A DNA stretch of 64,000 nucleotides from Sneathiella sp. (GTDB taxonomy: Bacteria > Pseudomonadota > Alphaproteobacteria > Sneathiellales > Sneathiellaceae), in NCBI GenBank assembly GCA_017643685.1, contig JAEPMY010000002.1:905-64904 (forward strand), given 5' to 3'. The translations under genes were made by a program, and so were the position numbers. Positions 11,423 to 20,720 of this stretch are shown here, piece by piece (the stretch's first letter is position 1; each line of letters begins with the position of its first letter). The notes below the pieces were generated by a model, which saw nothing but the letters and a program-made list of their open reading frames with translations, did not search any database and had not been told where the DNA came from.

Positions 11423-12835
11423 TTATTTCCGATAGGTGACAAGTTTGGACGCTTCAACCACTTCCTGAACACTTGGAAGGGCCAGTTTTTCAAGATTTGC
11501 CGCATATGGCATCGGCACATCTTTACCTGCCACACGGATCACAGGCGCATCCAGATAATCAAATGCTTTTTCCATGATTTGCGCGGAAAGTTCGGCCCCA
11601 ACGCCATGCTGCGGCCAGCCTTCTTCCACTGTGACGCAGCGGTTTGTTTTCCGAACAGAAGCCAGAACCGTATCCATATCAAGCGGGCGAATGGTCCGAA
11701 GGTCGATCACCTCGGCGGAGATCCCGTCTTCTGCCAGTTTCTCAGCCGCGCCAAGCGCATAAGTCATCCCCATCCCAAAGGAAACAATGGTCACATCGTC
11801 ACCAGAGCGGGCGACCTTCGCCTTACCCAGCGGGATCGTGAAATCATCCATAACAGGCACATCAAAGCTGTGACCATAAAGGATCTCATTCTCAAGGAAG
11901 ATAACCGGATTATCGTCACGGATAGCCGATTTTAGAAGTCCTTTCGCGTCTGCTGCGGTATGCGGCGCAACAACGATCAGGCCGGGCACATGGCCGTACC
12001 AAGCAGCAAAACATTGCGAATGCTGCGCACCCACACGAGATGCCGCGCCGTTTGGACCCCGGAACACCATCGGGCTGGCCATTTGCCCACCGGACATATA
12101 ACGGGTCTTGGCGGCAGAGTTTACAATCTGGTCAATCGCCTGCATGGCAAAGTTAAACGTCATAAACTCAACGATTGGACGCAGACCGTGGAATGCAGCC
12201 CCAACACCGACACCGGCAAACCCATGCTCGGTAATCGGGGTGTCAATCACACGGCGCGGACCAAATTCATCCAGCAGACCTTGGGTAACTTTATATGCCC
12301 CCTGATATTCAGCGACCTCTTCCCCCATGATAAAGACACGCTCATCACCGCGCATTTCCTCCGCCATGGCATCCCGAAGGGCTTCGCGGACGCTGGTGCT
12401 TTTCATTTCTGTGCCCGCCGGAATTTCCTGCGATGCGTCATAACCCTTAGCATTAGCTGCAACTGGCATCACGGCATTTGATCCACCGCTCGCAGGGCTT
12501 TCCTCAGCCTCAGCCTCAGCCTCAGCCTCGGCCTCCGCCGCAGGGGCTGCGGCTTCCCCTCCGCTATAATTATCGACAGCACTTGCATCCTCGCCCTCTT
12601 CCAAAAGCAGGGCAATCGGTGTGTTGACGGCCACGTTATCTGTATCCCCATCGATGAGGATTTTACCGATAACACCTTCGTCAACGGCTTCCACTTCCAT
12701 GGTCGCTTTATCTGTTTCAATTTCGGCGAGAACGTCACCAGAGGCGACTTCATCCCCTTCTTTTACCAGCCAGCGGGCTAACTTACCTTCGGTCATGGTC
12801 GGCGACAGAGCCGGCATGAGAATTTCTGTAGGCAT
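11423..12835 (-). CDS. pdhB: Pyruvate dehydrogenase E1 beta subunit with N-terminal lipoyl domain
   Basis: 470 aa. An N-terminal lipoyl domain ([17 protein letters not shown]) and an (AE)n linker are followed by a transketolase-like pyrimidine-binding domain and C-terminal domain. Confidence 0.93.
   Translation of the reverse strand: MPTEILMPALSPTMTEGKLARWLVKEGDEVASGDVLAEIETDKATMEVEAVDEGVIGKILIDGDTDNVAVNTPIALLLEEGEDASAVDNYSGGEAAAPAAEAEAEAEAEAEESPASGGSNAVMPVAANAKGYDASQEIPAGTEMKSTSVREALRDAMAEEMRGDERVFIMGEEVAEYQGAYKVTQGLLDEFGPRRVIDTPITEHGFAGVGVGAAFHGLRPIVEFMTFNFAMQAIDQIVNSAAKTRYMSGGQMASPMVFRGPNGAASRVGAQHSQCFAAWYGHVPGLIVVAPHTAADAKGLLKSAIRDDNPVIFLENEILYGHSFDVPVMDDFTIPLGKAKVARSGDDVTIVSFGMGMTYALGAAEKLAEDGISAEVIDLRTIRPLDMDTVLASVRKTNRCVTVEEGWPQHGVGAELSAQIMEKAFDYLDAPVIRVAGKDVPMPYAANLEKLALPSVQEVVEASKLVTYRK
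12502..12535. repeat. Tandem hexanucleotide repeat (CCTCAG x4, then CCTCGG CCTC) encoding the (AE)6 linker of PdhB
   Basis: Read directly: cctcagcctcagcctcagcctcagcctcggcctc. It translates on the minus strand to [12 protein letters not shown]. Confidence 0.9.
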
Positions 12836-12869
12836 TTGATTTCCTCTATGTCTTATCTGCTCTGTAGGT

Positions 12870-13868
12870 TTAAGCCGTGATATCCGTCATCAGCTCATCT
12901 GGATGTGGCTCTGGGCTCTCTTGTGCAAACTCAACGGCTTCTGCAACGATGCTCTTCACTTCGCGGTCGATCTCTTTCAGCTCTTCCTCGGTGTAGATTT
13001 TCTCATTGAGAAGTTTTTCGCGAACCCGTTCGATCGGATCGCTTTCCGCCCGCTTCTTATTCACTTCTTCCTTGGAGCGATATTTCGCCGGATCAGACAT
13101 AGAGTGACCCCGGTAGCGATATGTTTTCATCTCAAGGATATATGGACCTTTACCGCTTCTCGCCCATTCAACAGCTTTACGCCCCGCTTCGGCAACAGCG
13201 AAGACATCCATCCCATCAACCTGTTCACCCGGTACGTTAAAGCTCTCGCCCCGACGATACAGTTCTGGCTGAGACGATGCCCGCTTGACGGATGTGCCCA
13301 TGGCATATTCGTTATTTTCAATCACATAGACAACTGGCAGATCCCAAAGCTCTGCCATGTTGAAGCTTTCATAGACCTGGCCTTGGTTCACTGTGCCGTC
13401 CCCCATATAACAAAGGGTGACCTGACCATTATCCTGATATTTCTGGCTAAAAGCGAGACCCGTTCCAAGAGGGACACAGGCACCCACGATACCGTGGCCA
13501 CCATAGAAATTCTTCTCTTTGGAGAACATATGCATGGAGCCGCCCTTACCTTTGGAATAGCCGCCTTCACGGCCGGTAAGTTCTGCCATCACACCTTTCG
13601 GATCCATGTCACACGCCAACATATGACCGTGATCCCGATAAGAGGTTATGACCGCATCGTCATCATTGATTGTGGATTGCATGCCCACAACCACCGCTTC
13701 CTGACCGATATACAGGTGACAAAAGCCACCGATCAATCCCATGCCGTAAATCTGACCCGCTTTCTCTTCAAAACGGCGAATTAACAACATATCGCGAAAA
13801 TATTTCTTGGTGAGTTCCGGATCGACCTTCGCTTTTCTGCGCCGGGTCGTTGAAGCCGCTTTAGCCAT
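12870..13868 (-). CDS. pdhA: Pyruvate dehydrogenase E1 alpha subunit
   Basis: 332 aa with the TPP-binding motif [17 protein letters not shown] and [10 protein letters not shown]. Confidence 0.95.
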   Translation of the reverse strand: MAKAASTTRRRKAKVDPELTKKYFRDMLLIRRFEEKAGQIYGMGLIGGFCHLYIGQEAVVVGMQSTINDDDAVITSYRDHGHMLACDMDPKGVMAELTGREGGYSKGKGGSMHMFSKEKNFYGGHGIVGACVPLGTGLAFSQKYQDNGQVTLCYMGDGTVNQGQVYESFNMAELWDLPVVYVIENNEYAMGTSVKRASSQPELYRRGESFNVPGEQVDGMDVFAVAEAGRKAVEWARSGKGPYILEMKTYRYRGHSMSDPAKYRSKEEVNKKRAESDPIERVREKLLNEKIYTEEELKEIDREVKSIVAEAVEFAQESPEPHPDELMTDITA

Positions 13869-13954
13869 TATCTCTCCCTTGGGTTAGAGATTGCAATCGG
13901 GGCAGCAATGGATTCATCACTGCCAGCTTGTTGGTTAATGTATGCAGGACTGTG

Positions 13955-13997
13955 AAGAAAAAAAGCGTTAATCACAAGGAAAACTATTGTGATTAAC
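13955..13997 (-). terminator. Rho-independent terminator downstream of ftsB
   Basis: An 11-bp perfect inverted repeat, GTTAATCACAA (13967..13977) and TTGTGATTAAC (13987..13997), has a 9-nt loop. On the minus strand it is followed by GCTTTTTTTCTT. The stem is AU-rich and lies about 170 nt downstream of the ftsB stop. Confidence 0.55.
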
Positions 13998-14168
13998 TTT
14001 ATTACAGTTAATCAGGTTAAATTATTGCAACGCAACATCAAATTTAAAGCGCACAAACAAAAACAAATTGATTTGAAATATTAATTCAGCACATAGCCAA
14101 CCATGAGAAATTTAATTCCCACAAACACAGAAAGCGACTTATAAAATAACGAAGGTAACGGCTGTAAC

Positions 14169-14480
14169 TTATTTATTATAGATGACCAGCTCATCTGGAT
14201 GCGCCAGCCCCAGAACGGATCTTGCCCGCTCTTCCAGCATGTCCAAATCCAGATTCTCAGGGCGGAGCAACTCAACACGTCGCTCCAGCTTCTCTCTCTC
14301 CCCCGAAGTCAGGGCAAGTTCAGCATTTGCTGTCTGGATATCCTGCTGCAGTTTCAAATACGCAAAAAGCCCCCTGTCCCCTTGGACAAGGTGATAACTG
14401 AAATAGCAAATCGCCAGCAAACCCAGAATTGGGGCCGTCGATACCTTCAGTCTTTTACGAATTTCATAACCTGCGCTCAT
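14169..14480 (-). CDS. ftsB: Septum formation initiator FtsB/DivIC family protein
   Basis: 103 aa with a single N-terminal TM and a coiled coil (LKLQQDIQTANAELALTSGEREKLERRVELL). It sits upstream of the pdh genes, as in many alphaproteobacteria. Confidence 0.8.
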   Translation of the reverse strand: MSAGYEIRKRLKVSTAPILGLLAICYFSYHLVQGDRGLFAYLKLQQDIQTANAELALTSGEREKLERRVELLRPENLDLDMLEERARSVLGLAHPDELVIYNK

Positions 14481-14518
14481 GGGGTGAGTGAATCAAATTC
14501 ACGGCACCCGGTCAACAC

Positions 14519-16987
14519 TTAACTGGTTCTAGCACCAGTATTTTTTTGTTTTTCTAATTGGAGATACTCATTCAGCACACGAATGCTTTTTGCGAAGGTT
14601 CTCTGCAGATGTTTGATATCCGCGCTGCAATCCTCACCAGAGAGCATTTTCACCTCAATCGTGGAGGCAATATCCGCAACGGAAACCAATCCGGCATTAG
14701 AAGACATCCCTTTGATCTCATGAGCAAACCGGCTGCGTTTCTCGTTAGTCAGTTTCCGGTCCAGCAACTTTGGCACATTATGATTCAATGTCTCCTGCAG
14801 CGATTTGATCAAGATATCCAGCTGAGCCTGCGTCATGAGCTTGGTTATCGGCTCTAGAATATCCTTGTCAATTAACGGGGCATCACTGCTGCCGTCCAGT
14901 TCTTCACCGCCGCCCGCGTTTCGGTTTCTCTCATCCAATATGATGGACGCGATGACATTTCGGACGTCAGCATGAACAATTGGCTTGGTCAAAATCTTCT
15001 GCATACCCGCTTCAAGATACTTATCGACCTGATTTTTCAGGGTATTTGCAGTCATTGCAACAATTGGAAGGTCTTCAACAGTCACGCCGCCCTCCCGAAT
15101 TGCCTGAGTTGCGTCAATGCCGTTCATAACAGGCATCTGGATATCCATAAGGACCAGATCAAACTTTTGCGGATTTTCCCGAATGACAGAGACAGCCTGC
15201 GCCCCGTTATCGCATATGGATACCTGATGCCCATCTTTCACCAGCATCTCTCTCACGATCATTTGGTTGATGTCGCTATCTTCCACCAGCAGGATGTTCA
15301 AATTCGGAATTTCAACATCCTGACCAAGAAGTGTGACTTTGGGAAGCTTCCGAACAGAACTTAACAGCGGGATTTTAAAGTTAAGCGTTAGATTTGCCGG
15401 ATGGGTTTGAAATTCGGTCACTTCCGCATCCAGAATAACCAGCAAAGTCTCGTTCAGTTTTAGCTCACTGTCAGCTCTGTTCGTCTGGATAAACTGATCA
15501 TCCTGTTGATATGTGATCTCAACATCCAGAAGATACCCCTCCTCTTGCGGATTGACACTCACCAACGCCCCAAGAGAGCCCTGCTCCCTTTTACTCAGCA
15601 TCTCACGGAACAATTCGAACAGAAATTGGCGAAGCACAGGCGCGTATCCCCGATAAACCTGCTCGCTATCGCCGACAATATTATAATGAATATTGATATT
15701 CCGGCGCTCGGACAAAGGACGGAACAGTGTGACAAGGCCAGAGATCAACTGCTCCAGATCAAAATCAACCTCATCCCCTGCATGAATTTTATCATCACGC
15801 AGGCCAAGCTCGATAATACGCCCAATTAGGGACAACATATAAAACGTAGAGTTTTTCGCAGAACGCACATGATCCCGAACATTTTGGGGGAACTGGTCCT
15901 TATCCAGATGCGGTACAATCTGCATCAAATTGTCCAGCGACATGCGCGTATCCGCCAACAGATGATCCAAAAGCCACTTGCGGCTCTTTTCTTCCGACTG
16001 CTTGATTTCAAGCTCTTTCTTGAACTCCGCCTGCCGCTGCACCAGTAGATCAATGCTATTTTGCTTGGCACTGATTTTGCGATCCGCGCCCCCAAGGAGC
16101 CAAAGTGTTACCGAAGTAACAACACACAGCAGGAACAGAAGGAAGGCCGCCAAATCTTCCGGTAAGGTTTCGAACTTATCGACCAGAACATCGGTCGGCC
16201 GGACCGATAGCGCGAAATCGAAGTTATTATTGACGATATTAAACTCCCTGATCCATTCGCGGTTGTTTGGGGTTGAATATCGAGGGCTTTCAAAAAGGGT
16301 GGTTTCATCAATTGAAAGGGCCAATTCAAACATCGGATCTTCAAACGCGTTTGTTCTGGCCCTTAACACATCGCGAACCCAGGGCGCCGGACGCAGCACG
16401 ATCATCAGCCTGCGGATTTGCTGTGACTCCCCATAAATCGGAATCCACAGCACCAAAAAATTATGGCCGCCGTTTAGATTTCCATCACCGGGAAGCGACA
16501 CAAACTGTCCCCTCTCCTTGCTAATGATGCTGCTGTCGATCCGCTGAATAATATCACGGAGCACAACCCCCGTTGATTTATGAAAATTCCACAGCAGACT
16601 TCCGTCATGTTCGGTAATTGCAACGGTTAAAACACCGGGCCCGGTTGTTAAAAACTCGGACCAGTCATCGATATTGCCAAGCAACGCCTCACGGGGGCTC
16701 GTATGATATCTCTCGGATAAGAATTCCAGTGCATTGAATTTTGCGGTTAAGTCAGAATTGATCGCATCTGCAATCAGGTCACCTTCAACGGAGATCACTT
16801 TTTCTAAGTACGACGCGTGATTTTCCTGGACTGCCTGCCAAGCAAACCAAGACCCTAAAACGCCCCCAATCAGGATCAAAACCGCCAATGACCGAAGTAT
16901 CAGACTTTTATCAAGCCGAAGAACCATACTGACTTCCATAACAAGAGGCGCTACCGGCACCCTAAAAATATAGTTGGATGCGGTCAC
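14519..16987 (-). CDS. Membrane sensor protein with a degenerate HK-like core, a receiver domain and a C-terminal Hpt domain
   Basis: 822 aa with two TM segments flanking a periplasmic region of about 230 aa. It has a REC domain (ILLVEDSDINQ...DLVLMDIQMPVMNG...KP) and an Hpt domain (RFAHEIKGMSSNAGL). The region between TM2 and REC resembles DHp/CA but lacks clear H, N, G1 and G2 boxes. The start is GTG at 16987; downstream ATGs are possible. Confidence 0.8.
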   Translation of the reverse strand: MTASNYIFRVPVAPLVMEVSMVLRLDKSLILRSLAVLILIGGVLGSWFAWQAVQENHASYLEKVISVEGDLIADAINSDLTAKFNALEFLSERYHTSPREALLGNIDDWSEFLTTGPGVLTVAITEHDGSLLWNFHKSTGVVLRDIIQRIDSSIISKERGQFVSLPGDGNLNGGHNFLVLWIPIYGESQQIRRLMIVLRPAPWVRDVLRARTNAFEDPMFELALSIDETTLFESPRYSTPNNREWIREFNIVNNNFDFALSVRPTDVLVDKFETLPEDLAAFLLFLLCVVTSVTLWLLGGADRKISAKQNSIDLLVQRQAEFKKELEIKQSEEKSRKWLLDHLLADTRMSLDNLMQIVPHLDKDQFPQNVRDHVRSAKNSTFYMLSLIGRIIELGLRDDKIHAGDEVDFDLEQLISGLVTLFRPLSERRNINIHYNIVGDSEQVYRGYAPVLRQFLFELFREMLSKREQGSLGALVSVNPQEEGYLLDVEITYQQDDQFIQTNRADSELKLNETLLVILDAEVTEFQTHPANLTLNFKIPLLSSVRKLPKVTLLGQDVEIPNLNILLVEDSDINQMIVREMLVKDGHQVSICDNGAQAVSVIRENPQKFDLVLMDIQMPVMNGIDATQAIREGGVTVEDLPIVAMTANTLKNQVDKYLEAGMQKILTKPIVHADVRNVIASIILDERNRNAGGGEELDGSSDAPLIDKDILEPITKLMTQAQLDILIKSLQETLNHNVPKLLDRKLTNEKRSRFAHEIKGMSSNAGLVSVADIASTIEVKMLSGEDCSADIKHLQRTFAKSIRVLNEYLQLEKQKNTGARTS

Positions 16988-17140
16988 CTTAAAATGAATG
17001 TGAAATTATATGTTACATATACCTAATACAATCAATCGCAATTAGAGATTTTATTCCCAAAATGTTAGATTTTCCCTGAAAAGAATAAAAACTCCCAGTA
17101 ACCAGAGTACATCCTTAAAAGTTATTAAATCATTTACGAC

Positions 17141-17806
17141 TTATGGGCTAGATAGTTTTTTTATACCTTCAACCATACATAGCAAAGAAGTTTGAAGGCT
17201 TGCCGCAAAATCAATCCTGAGAGGCGAGAGTCTCTTATCTTCCAAAACTTCATTAACCACCGGTGAAATATCTGTCATCTGCCCCCATCCAATGATTTGA
17301 CAATGAATGGCCGCGAGGATTTCAACTCCCTGCCCCTGATGCACAAAGGGTAACACCCTTTCAATCTCAGCCCCGGCAATTTCAGAGTGATTTAACAAAT
17401 CCAGTTTGAAATTCAGCACTTCCTCGCGAGAGACATTCTGTTCCAGCACCAGATGTAGCAATGAGAGCAGGCGAATAGCGGTTTGTCGCCCCTCCAACGT
17501 CGCCATGACCGCCTTTACAAAAGCGTGTGTCTCCGGATTTTCTGGCAGATTTTGTAATTTGCTTATTAAATCCTCAAACCAGATTTCCAAATCGCGGCGC
17601 GACAATTCCAAGAACAGCTCTTCTTTGGTTTTGTAATAAAGATACACCGTTCCCTTCGCCATAGCAGCTCGCTTGGCAATCATGGCCATGCTGACATCAA
17701 AAAAACCGGCTTCTACAAAAAGCTCCCGCGCGGCGGTGAGCAACGCTTCACGCCGCAGGTTCTTTTGATGTGCGCTAACGGCGCGTTTTCCCAGCATTTT
17801 ATTCAT
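17141..17806 (-). CDS. TetR/AcrR family transcriptional regulator
   Basis: 221 aa with the N-terminal HTH region LLTAARELFVEAGFFDVSMAMIAKRAAMAKGTVYLYYKTKEELF. It is divergent from iorAB. Confidence 0.85.
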   Translation of the reverse strand: MNKMLGKRAVSAHQKNLRREALLTAARELFVEAGFFDVSMAMIAKRAAMAKGTVYLYYKTKEELFLELSRRDLEIWFEDLISKLQNLPENPETHAFVKAVMATLEGRQTAIRLLSLLHLVLEQNVSREEVLNFKLDLLNHSEIAGAEIERVLPFVHQGQGVEILAAIHCQIIGWGQMTDISPVVNEVLEDKRLSPLRIDFAASLQTSLLCMVEGIKKLSSP

Positions 17807-17915
17807 TACGATTATCCATATTCTTTTTCAGCCGTTTTTATAGGAAAACGAGAAAAAGAAAAGCTTCATATAACAATTTTCAAGATTGACACCGATACCA
17901 ACTTCACCACATTAT

Positions 17916-17932
17916 AATGACCGGCGGTCATT
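17916..17932. promoter_or_regulatory. Candidate TetR operator: inverted repeat AATGACC-ggc-GGTCATT
   Basis: Read directly. It lies in the TetR/iorA divergent region and overlaps a TATAAT-like hexamer (17913..17918). A TTGACA at 17886..17891 is 21 nt upstream, which is too far for a canonical sigma-70 spacer. Confidence 0.35.
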
Positions 17933-17955
17933 TAAACAATATCAGGTTTGAGCAC

Positions 17956-18414
17956 ATGATAAAACTAACCATTAATGGACAGCCACATGAACTTGATGTG
18001 GAGGAAGACACCCCCCTGTTATGGGCCATTCGGGATACCGTAGGGCTGACAGGGACAAAATTTGGCTGTGGGGTTGCGGCATGTGGCGCCTGCACCGTTC
18101 ACATTGATGGAGAGGCCGTGAGATCCTGTTCTTACCCGGTTGCTGCCGCCATCGATACCAACATCACCACGATTGAAGGGATCGGCGCGGACAAGCAAAG
18201 TGCGGTTCAGGCAGCGTGGGTCGCTGAACAAGTGCCGCAATGTGGCTATTGCCAATCTGGAATGATTATGGCGGTTACCGCGCTCCTCTCCGAAAATCCA
18301 AATCCAACAGATGAAGATATTGATGACGCCATCACCAATATCTGTCGCTGCGGCACATACCCACGGGTTCGCAAAGCCATTCATCAGGCTGTTAAACTGC
18401 AAGCGGGGGCGTAA
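17956..18414 (+). CDS. iorA: Molybdenum hydroxylase small subunit, (2Fe-2S)-binding (IorA / aldehyde oxidoreductase type)
   Basis: MIKLTINGQ..., with two [2Fe-2S] motifs: [11 protein letters not shown] and CGYCQSG...CRCGTY. The ORF opens at 17917; the ATG at 17956 is preferred. Confidence 0.88.
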   Translation: MIKLTINGQPHELDVEEDTPLLWAIRDTVGLTGTKFGCGVAACGACTVHIDGEAVRSCSYPVAAAIDTNITTIEGIGADKQSAVQAAWVAEQVPQCGYCQSGMIMAVTALLSENPNPTDEDIDDAITNICRCGTYPRVRKAIHQAVKLQAGA

Positions 18415-18418
18415 AATC

Positions 18419-20674
18419 ATGGCAAAACTTATTTCCAGAAGAAACGTCCTGATTGCAGGTGGCCTCATTGGCGGCGGTATTGCTGTTGCTTATGCCTTTG
18501 GTGGTGGCGATGACGTCTCAAACTTTGAAAAAGCGGCAAAAGACGGTGAATATGCCCTGAATGCGTGGGTTAAAATTGGAACAGATGGCAAAATCACGGT
18601 TGCCATCTCTCAGGCAGAAATGGGCCAAGGCGTCTACACTGCCCTTTCCATGCTGGTCGCAGAGGAGCTAAATGTTCCAATTGATGCCATTACACCTGAA
18701 GCAGCACCAGTTGACCCCAAATACGCCAATGTAACCGCCGTGATGGACAGCCTTCCTTTTTCTGATGGCCATCATAACGGAGAAGCCACAGTTGGTGCCT
18801 GGGCTATGAAAAATGTCGGTGAGATGCTCGGCCTTCAAGTCACCGGCGGCAGCACAAGCGTCCGTAATTTCTGGGAACCAATGCGTCATGCCGGGGCAAC
18901 CGCTCGCGAAATGCTGATTATGGCCGCGGCCGCAAAATTTGGGGTAACCGCATCAGACTGCGTTGCTGAAAATGGGATCGTCAAAAGCAAAGACGGAAGC
19001 CATCAGGCTACATATGCAGACTTGGCGGCAGAGGCTACAACCTTAAACGCCCCAATTGACGTTCGGCTAAAAGACCCATCAGAGTGGACAATTATCGGCA
19101 AACCGCAAAAACGTCTCGATATTCCTGCCAAAACTGATGGATCCGCTGAATTTGGCATTGACGTAAAACTGCCGGATATGGCTTTTGCTGCGGTAAAGAT
19201 GGCCCCCGTATTTGGCGGAACAGTCAAAGATTGGGATGAAACTGCTATCAAAGCCATGCCCGGTGTTATCAAAGCGGTCAAAGTGGACAATGCTGTCGCG
19301 GTAATCGCTGACAGTTTCTGGCGTGCCAAAACAGCTGTAGAGGCCCTGCCCGTCACTTTTGAAGAGGGTGAGAATGCCGACCTGAACATGGATGGCATTT
19401 ACAAAATGTTTGCGGATAATATTGCCGCAAATGAGGGCCGTTCATATGTGGATGAAGGAGATACGCTCACTATTTTGCAGGAAAGCGATGATGTTTTAAC
19501 GGCAGAATACAAAGTTCCTTTCCTTGCCCATGCGACGATGGAGCCGATGAATTGCACCGCCAAAGTTGGTGATAACGATGTTGAGGTGTGGATCGCCCAC
19601 CAATCGGCTACTTTGGTTGCTTGGCTTGCAGAACAGGCAGCGGATGTTCCTGCGGAAAATGTAAAGGTTCACAGTACCTATCTCGGGGGTGGTTTTGGCC
19701 GCCGCGCCGAGGTGGATTTCCTTGTCATGGCAGTGAATATCGCCAAAGAGCTCCGCGGTCGGCCCGTCAAACTTGTCTGGACCCGTGAACAGGATATGCA
19801 GCATGATATGTATCGCCCTGCTGCCCTCTCTCGCTTTGCCGCAAAAGTTGGCACCGATGGCAGTGTAGAGGCATGGCATAATCAGGTCGCCAGCCCATCC
19901 ATCACCCGCCAGTTTACAGAGCGTCTCCTCCCTTGGGCGGGATCGGATATGCCGGATAACACAACGGCGGAAGGCTCCGCTGATATTCCATACGCATATA
20001 CAAACCGGTTGATGGAACATTTCCCCTCTCCAACACCGGTGCCAATTGGATATTGGCGAAGTGTCGGGCATTCCTACAACGCCTTCTTTACCGAAAGCTT
20101 TATGGATGAAATGGCGCATAAAGCGGGTAAAGATCCCGTTGAATTTCGTCTTAATCAATTAGGGGCGCATAAAGACTTTCATGATGTGTTGAGCAAACTC
20201 GCCAAACTTAGCAAGTGGGACAGTCCTCTGCCGGCTGGTAAAGGCCGCGGTGTTGCTCTGCATGAAAGCTTCGCCTCCATCGTTGGTCAGGTGGCTGAAG
20301 TCACGGTTGAGGGGGATAATGTGCGTGTGGACAAGGTTTACTGCGTTATTGACTGCGGAACTGCAGTTAATCCCGACACAATCGTCGCACAAATGGAAAG
20401 CGGGATCATTTTTGGTCTTACTGCCGCATTTTATGGTGACATTACGCTGGAAGATGGTCGGGTAGTGGAAGGAAACTTCCCTGACTATGAAATGGTGACC
20501 ATGGCCAATTGCCCCGAGATAATTGTGGAAGTCGCCCCGTCCGGGCGTCGCCTTGGTGGTGTTGGGGAACCCGGCACACCACCAATTGCTCCCGCAGTTA
20601 CCAACGCGATTTTCGATGCCACCGGCAAACGAATTCGGGAACTTCCCATTCGAAAAGCAGGATTTACGGCTTAA
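18419..20674 (+). CDS. iorB: Molybdopterin-binding large subunit (IorB / membrane-bound aldehyde dehydrogenase type) with Tat signal
   Basis: [26 protein letters not shown] is a twin-arginine leader. It is followed by xanthine-dehydrogenase-family MoCo-binding domains ([18 protein letters not shown]). The ORF opens at 18311 inside iorA, and the ATG at 18419 follows the iorA stop. Confidence 0.88.
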   Translation: MAKLISRRNVLIAGGLIGGGIAVAYAFGGGDDVSNFEKAAKDGEYALNAWVKIGTDGKITVAISQAEMGQGVYTALSMLVAEELNVPIDAITPEAAPVDPKYANVTAVMDSLPFSDGHHNGEATVGAWAMKNVGEMLGLQVTGGSTSVRNFWEPMRHAGATAREMLIMAAAAKFGVTASDCVAENGIVKSKDGSHQATYADLAAEATTLNAPIDVRLKDPSEWTIIGKPQKRLDIPAKTDGSAEFGIDVKLPDMAFAAVKMAPVFGGTVKDWDETAIKAMPGVIKAVKVDNAVAVIADSFWRAKTAVEALPVTFEEGENADLNMDGIYKMFADNIAANEGRSYVDEGDTLTILQESDDVLTAEYKVPFLAHATMEPMNCTAKVGDNDVEVWIAHQSATLVAWLAEQAADVPAENVKVHSTYLGGGFGRRAEVDFLVMAVNIAKELRGRPVKLVWTREQDMQHDMYRPAALSRFAAKVGTDGSVEAWHNQVASPSITRQFTERLLPWAGSDMPDNTTAEGSADIPYAYTNRLMEHFPSPTPVPIGYWRSVGHSYNAFFTESFMDEMAHKAGKDPVEFRLNQLGAHKDFHDVLSKLAKLSKWDSPLPAGKGRGVALHESFASIVGQVAEVTVEGDNVRVDKVYCVIDCGTAVNPDTIVAQMESGIIFGLTAAFYGDITLEDGRVVEGNFPDYEMVTMANCPEIIVEVAPSGRRLGGVGEPGTPPIAPAVTNAIFDATGKRIRELPIRKAGFTA

Positions 20675-20683
20675 TCCAAAACG

Positions 20684-20720
20684 AGGAGGTCAGATCAACT
20701 GACCTCCTTTATTTTTTTAA
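20684..20720. terminator. Bidirectional intrinsic terminator between convergent iorB and the LuxQ-like kinase gene
   Basis: The hairpin is AGGAGGTCAG-atcaa-CTGACCTCCT, followed by TTATTTTTTTAA on the plus strand. On the minus strand it is followed by CGTTTTGG. The right arm and T-run also encode the last residues (KKIKEVS) of the minus-strand kinase. Confidence 0.6.

Noticed and set aside
11423-12835. A lipoyl domain fused to the N-terminus of PDH E1-beta, considered as a novel gene fusion.
   Set aside because: This architecture is an established feature of alphaproteobacterial PDH E1-beta, for example in Zymomonas. I use it as a taxonomic clue, not as a novelty.
9077-13784. Further long antisense ORFs opposite lpdA (9077..10075), pdhC (10095..11009) and pdhA (12903..13784), with similar ones opposite alaS (35304..36173) and paaA (59138..59824).
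   Set aside because: All are in the codon-opposed register of strongly conserved genes; I checked this mod 3 for lpdA, pdhC, pdhA and alaS. All translate to low-information sequences. The explanation is the same as for the 753-aa ORF.
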